From Actinomycetota bacterium (lineage in GTDB: Bacteria; Actinomycetota; Acidimicrobiia; Acidimicrobiales; Ilumatobacteraceae), in contig SXZT01000038.1 in NCBI GenBank assembly GCA_005787785.1, positions 41,816 to 105,815 on the forward strand: a stretch of DNA of 64,000 nt, read 5' to 3'. Positions 62,003 through 64,000 of the stretch are shown piece after piece. The notes below the pieces were generated by a model. The model worked only from the letters and a program-made list of their open reading frames with translations, made no database searches and was not told the origin of the DNA. The first letter of the stretch is position 1, and each line of letters starts with the position of its first letter. The translations under genes and the position numbers were made by a program.

Positions 62003-63243
62003 CGCAAGCCGATCACGCGGCGGGACCGCAGAGTGCTTTCGGCGTGCTGCGCCTCAGGTCGTTCCGACTGCTGTGGTACAACACCCTCGGTTTCATGCTC
62101 GTTCAGTCGACACAGCGATTCGCCTTCGTCTGGCTGATCCTCGAGCTCGGCTCGAAATCCGACGTCAGTGGACGGTTGCTCTTCGTGATGGGTTTGCCGG
62201 CCCTGTTCATCTCGCTACCTGTTGGCGTCATGTCCGATCGCGTCAACCGTCGACTCCTATTGTTTCTCAGCCAAACGGGCGCCTTTGTCGTTACTCTCGT
62301 GACCTCCGTCCTCGTGTCGACCGACCGCATCACAACGGGTTCGGCAACCCTGTGTGCTGCGATTCTCGGTTTGTTCATTGCCATCGGTCAGCCGGTCCGC
62401 ACGGCGATCGTCCCTACGCTCGTTCCGCAAGAGCACCTTATGAACGCGATCATCGTCTCGGTGGTCGCCTCGAACCTGGCGCTCATTCTCGGCCCGGCCA
62501 TCGCGGGCCCGGCGATCGGTAGATGGGGTATCGAAGGCGCATTCTGGGTCCAGACGGCCCTATACGGTGCCGGCTTTCTGGCGCTCGTACCACTCAAGTT
62601 GCCTGCTGTGGTTGCGCGCACGGATCGACCGCGGCTGCGCAGCGAGTTGGCCGCGGGCATTGGCTTCATCGCACGACACCCCGACATCCGAACCCTCTTC
62701 ATTCTGCTGATGGGAAGCGTCATCTTCATGATGTCGCCATGGATGGTTCTCGGTCCGCAATTCGCGCGGGAAGAGGTTGGCGCAACCGGCGCATCCGCCA
62801 CTTTCCTCTACACAGTGCTCGGCCTCGGCCAGTTCGTCACTTCGATGTGGCTGCTGCGCAATTCGCATCGCGTGAAGCAAAAGGGTCTGTGGTTCATGCT
62901 GGGCCTCACGACCGGTGCGACTGTTCAGATCCTCATCGGCCCCGCTCCGACGTTCGTCACGCTTGCTCTCATTCTCTTTGCCTGGGGCCTCACTGGCGGC
63001 TTCTACCTGAACCTCAACCAGACGCTCCTGCAGGGCAACACGCCGCCCGAGGTGATGGGCCGCGTCATGTCGGTGCACAGTCTCTTGATGGTCGGGATCG
63101 CCCCGATGGGCGCTCTTCTCATTGGCTACGCAGCACGACACCTGCATTCCCTGCCCGAAACGATCTCTGGTGCTGGGGCTGCGATGCTCGTTCTCGTCCT
63201 CGTCGTGCTCGCCACCCAGCGTCGGTTCCGCACTCTCTCCTGA
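61999..63243 (+). CDS. MFS transporter
   Basis: GTG 61999 overlaps the P450 stop (GTGA). About 12 hydrophobic helices. The N-terminus ...FRLLWYNTLGFMLVQSTQRFAFVWL... resembles the MFS_3/EntS-like group. Confidence 0.85.
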   Translation: MTQADHAAGPQSAFGVLRLRSFRLLWYNTLGFMLVQSTQRFAFVWLILELGSKSDVSGRLLFVMGLPALFISLPVGVMSDRVNRRLLLFLSQTGAFVVTLVTSVLVSTDRITTGSATLCAAILGLFIAIGQPVRTAIVPTLVPQEHLMNAIIVSVVASNLALILGPAIAGPAIGRWGIEGAFWVQTALYGAGFLALVPLKLPAVVARTDRPRLRSELAAGIGFIARHPDIRTLFILLMGSVIFMMSPWMVLGPQFAREEVGATGASATFLYTVLGLGQFVTSMWLLRNSHRVKQKGLWFMLGLTTGATVQILIGPAPTFVTLALILFAWGLTGGFYLNLNQTLLQGNTPPEVMGRVMSVHSLLMVGIAPMGALLIGYAARHLHSLPETISGAGAAMLVLVLVVLATQRRFRTLS

Positions 63244-63280
63244 CTTCGTTTGCTCGCACTGCAAGCCGTAGCGTCTTTGC

Positions 63281-63631
63281 ATGTCCAACGAAACTGTCTG
63301 GCGAACGAACCCAAACGACATCGAGCCGATGATCGCCACCAACCCCAACATCAAGGGCGAGGTACACGTCCGCATCCTCAGCCGTACGCCGACGGTCCTC
63401 GAGAACACCTTTCCACCCAACACGTGGCTCGGACGGCACGTTCATGCCTCCGACACGCTTTACATCATCAAGGAGGGCGAGTTCCACATCGAAAACGAAG
63501 GGGTCTTTCGCCCGGGTGACGTGCGATTCGTCGCAAAAGGACATGCCTACGGACCCGAGTGGGCTGGGCCCGATGGTGCGAAGCTACTGATCGTCGCCGT
63601 CAACGGAAGTTTCGGCACCGACTGGGTCTGA
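63281..63631 (+). CDS. cupin domain protein
   Basis: 116 aa. ...GRHVHASDTLYIIKEGEF......GDVRFVAKGHAYGPE... is a cupin-like two-motif pattern. TAGCGT box 6 nt upstream of the ATG. Confidence 0.6.
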   Translation: MSNETVWRTNPNDIEPMIATNPNIKGEVHVRILSRTPTVLENTFPPNTWLGRHVHASDTLYIIKEGEFHIENEGVFRPGDVRFVAKGHAYGPEWAGPDGAKLLIVAVNGSFGTDWV

Positions 63632-63645
63632 CGCCGAACGCCGTC

Positions 63646-64000
63646 TCAGGGTTCGGAGTGCAGCCACAACGTGTCGGCGTCGGAACGCGGACTCGTTCTC
63701 GAGGCACACACCACGACACGCTCGCCCGCTGATACGTAACCGACAGCGCGCACGGCATCCAGAGCAAGCGGAATGGCGTCCTCGATGCGTCCCGGTCGGT
63801 CGACCACGGTGGGCAAGACACCCCTCAGCGCGACCAGAATTCGCGCAGTCGCGGGATCGGGGGTGACGGCGAGAATAGGGGCACTGGGCCGACAGGCGGC
63901 CAATAAACGGGCGCTGTAGCCCGTGTAGGTGAGCGCCAGAATCGCATGAGCGTTGATGCGCTTGGCGAGGGCGCTTGCCGCCGCCGTCACCGCTGCCGTC
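63646..64000 (-). CDS. pyk: pyruvate kinase, C-terminal alpha/beta domain (5' part outside window)
   Basis: ...AILALTYTGYSARLLAACRPSAPILAVTPDPATARILVALRGV... is typical of the pyruvate kinase C-terminal domain. The ORF runs off the window edge. Confidence 0.8.
   Translation of the reverse strand, partial: TAAVTAAASALAKRINAHAILALTYTGYSARLLAACRPSAPILAVTPDPATARILVALRGVLPTVVDRPGRIEDAIPLALDAVRAVGYVSAGERVVVCASRTSPRSDADTLWLHSEP

Overview
GC-rich, gene-dense chromosomal segment with about 69 CDS on both strands and very little non-coding DNA. Many adjacent genes share overlapping stop/start codons (ATGA, GTGA, TGATG). Gene content points to an actinobacterium: F420-type LLM and PPOX enzymes, a DinB/mycothiol-type protein, DUF3151, GuaB1, and TANNNT -10 boxes. 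This is inferred from content only; no rRNA is present to confirm it.

I found no rRNA, tRNA, CRISPR array, transposase, integrase or prophage signature.

Layout:
- 1-26 kb: housekeeping genes. These include tkt-tal, glcDEF, typA, rnd, cmk, guaB1, tsaC, ctaA and an M23 murein peptidase.
- 26-43 kb: an oxidoreductase-rich accessory stretch. It holds two SDRs, two ThuA-domain genes, a Zn-ADH, an ABC exporter pair, nitroreductase, panBC and a divergent ProA-like dehydrogenase.
- 43.9-55.9 kb: an operon for what looks like an undescribed N-heterocycle catabolic route. It encodes an aminotransferase, two non-homologous carbamoylases, a FAD-less fused Fe-S/Mo hydroxylase, an N-terminally truncated SsnA-type amidohydrolase, an F420/LLM oxidoreductase and a second complete FAD/Fe-S/Mo hydroxylase.
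- 57-63.6 kb: an oxygenase cassette of gulonolactone-oxidase-like flavoenzyme, AA_synth, EthD, Rieske oxygenase, P450, MFS and cupin.

The strongest signal visible directly in the DNA is a TANNNT hexamer 6-8 nt upstream of the start codon at about 20 operon-first genes. This implies pervasive leaderless transcription, and several sites are back-to-back bidirectional promoters. The exceptions with real leaders therefore stand out: the M23 peptidase gene, and the Mo-hydroxylase operon, which carries an anti-SD/SD hairpin.

All functional calls come from reading the translated ORFs for family motifs from memory. No database search was run.
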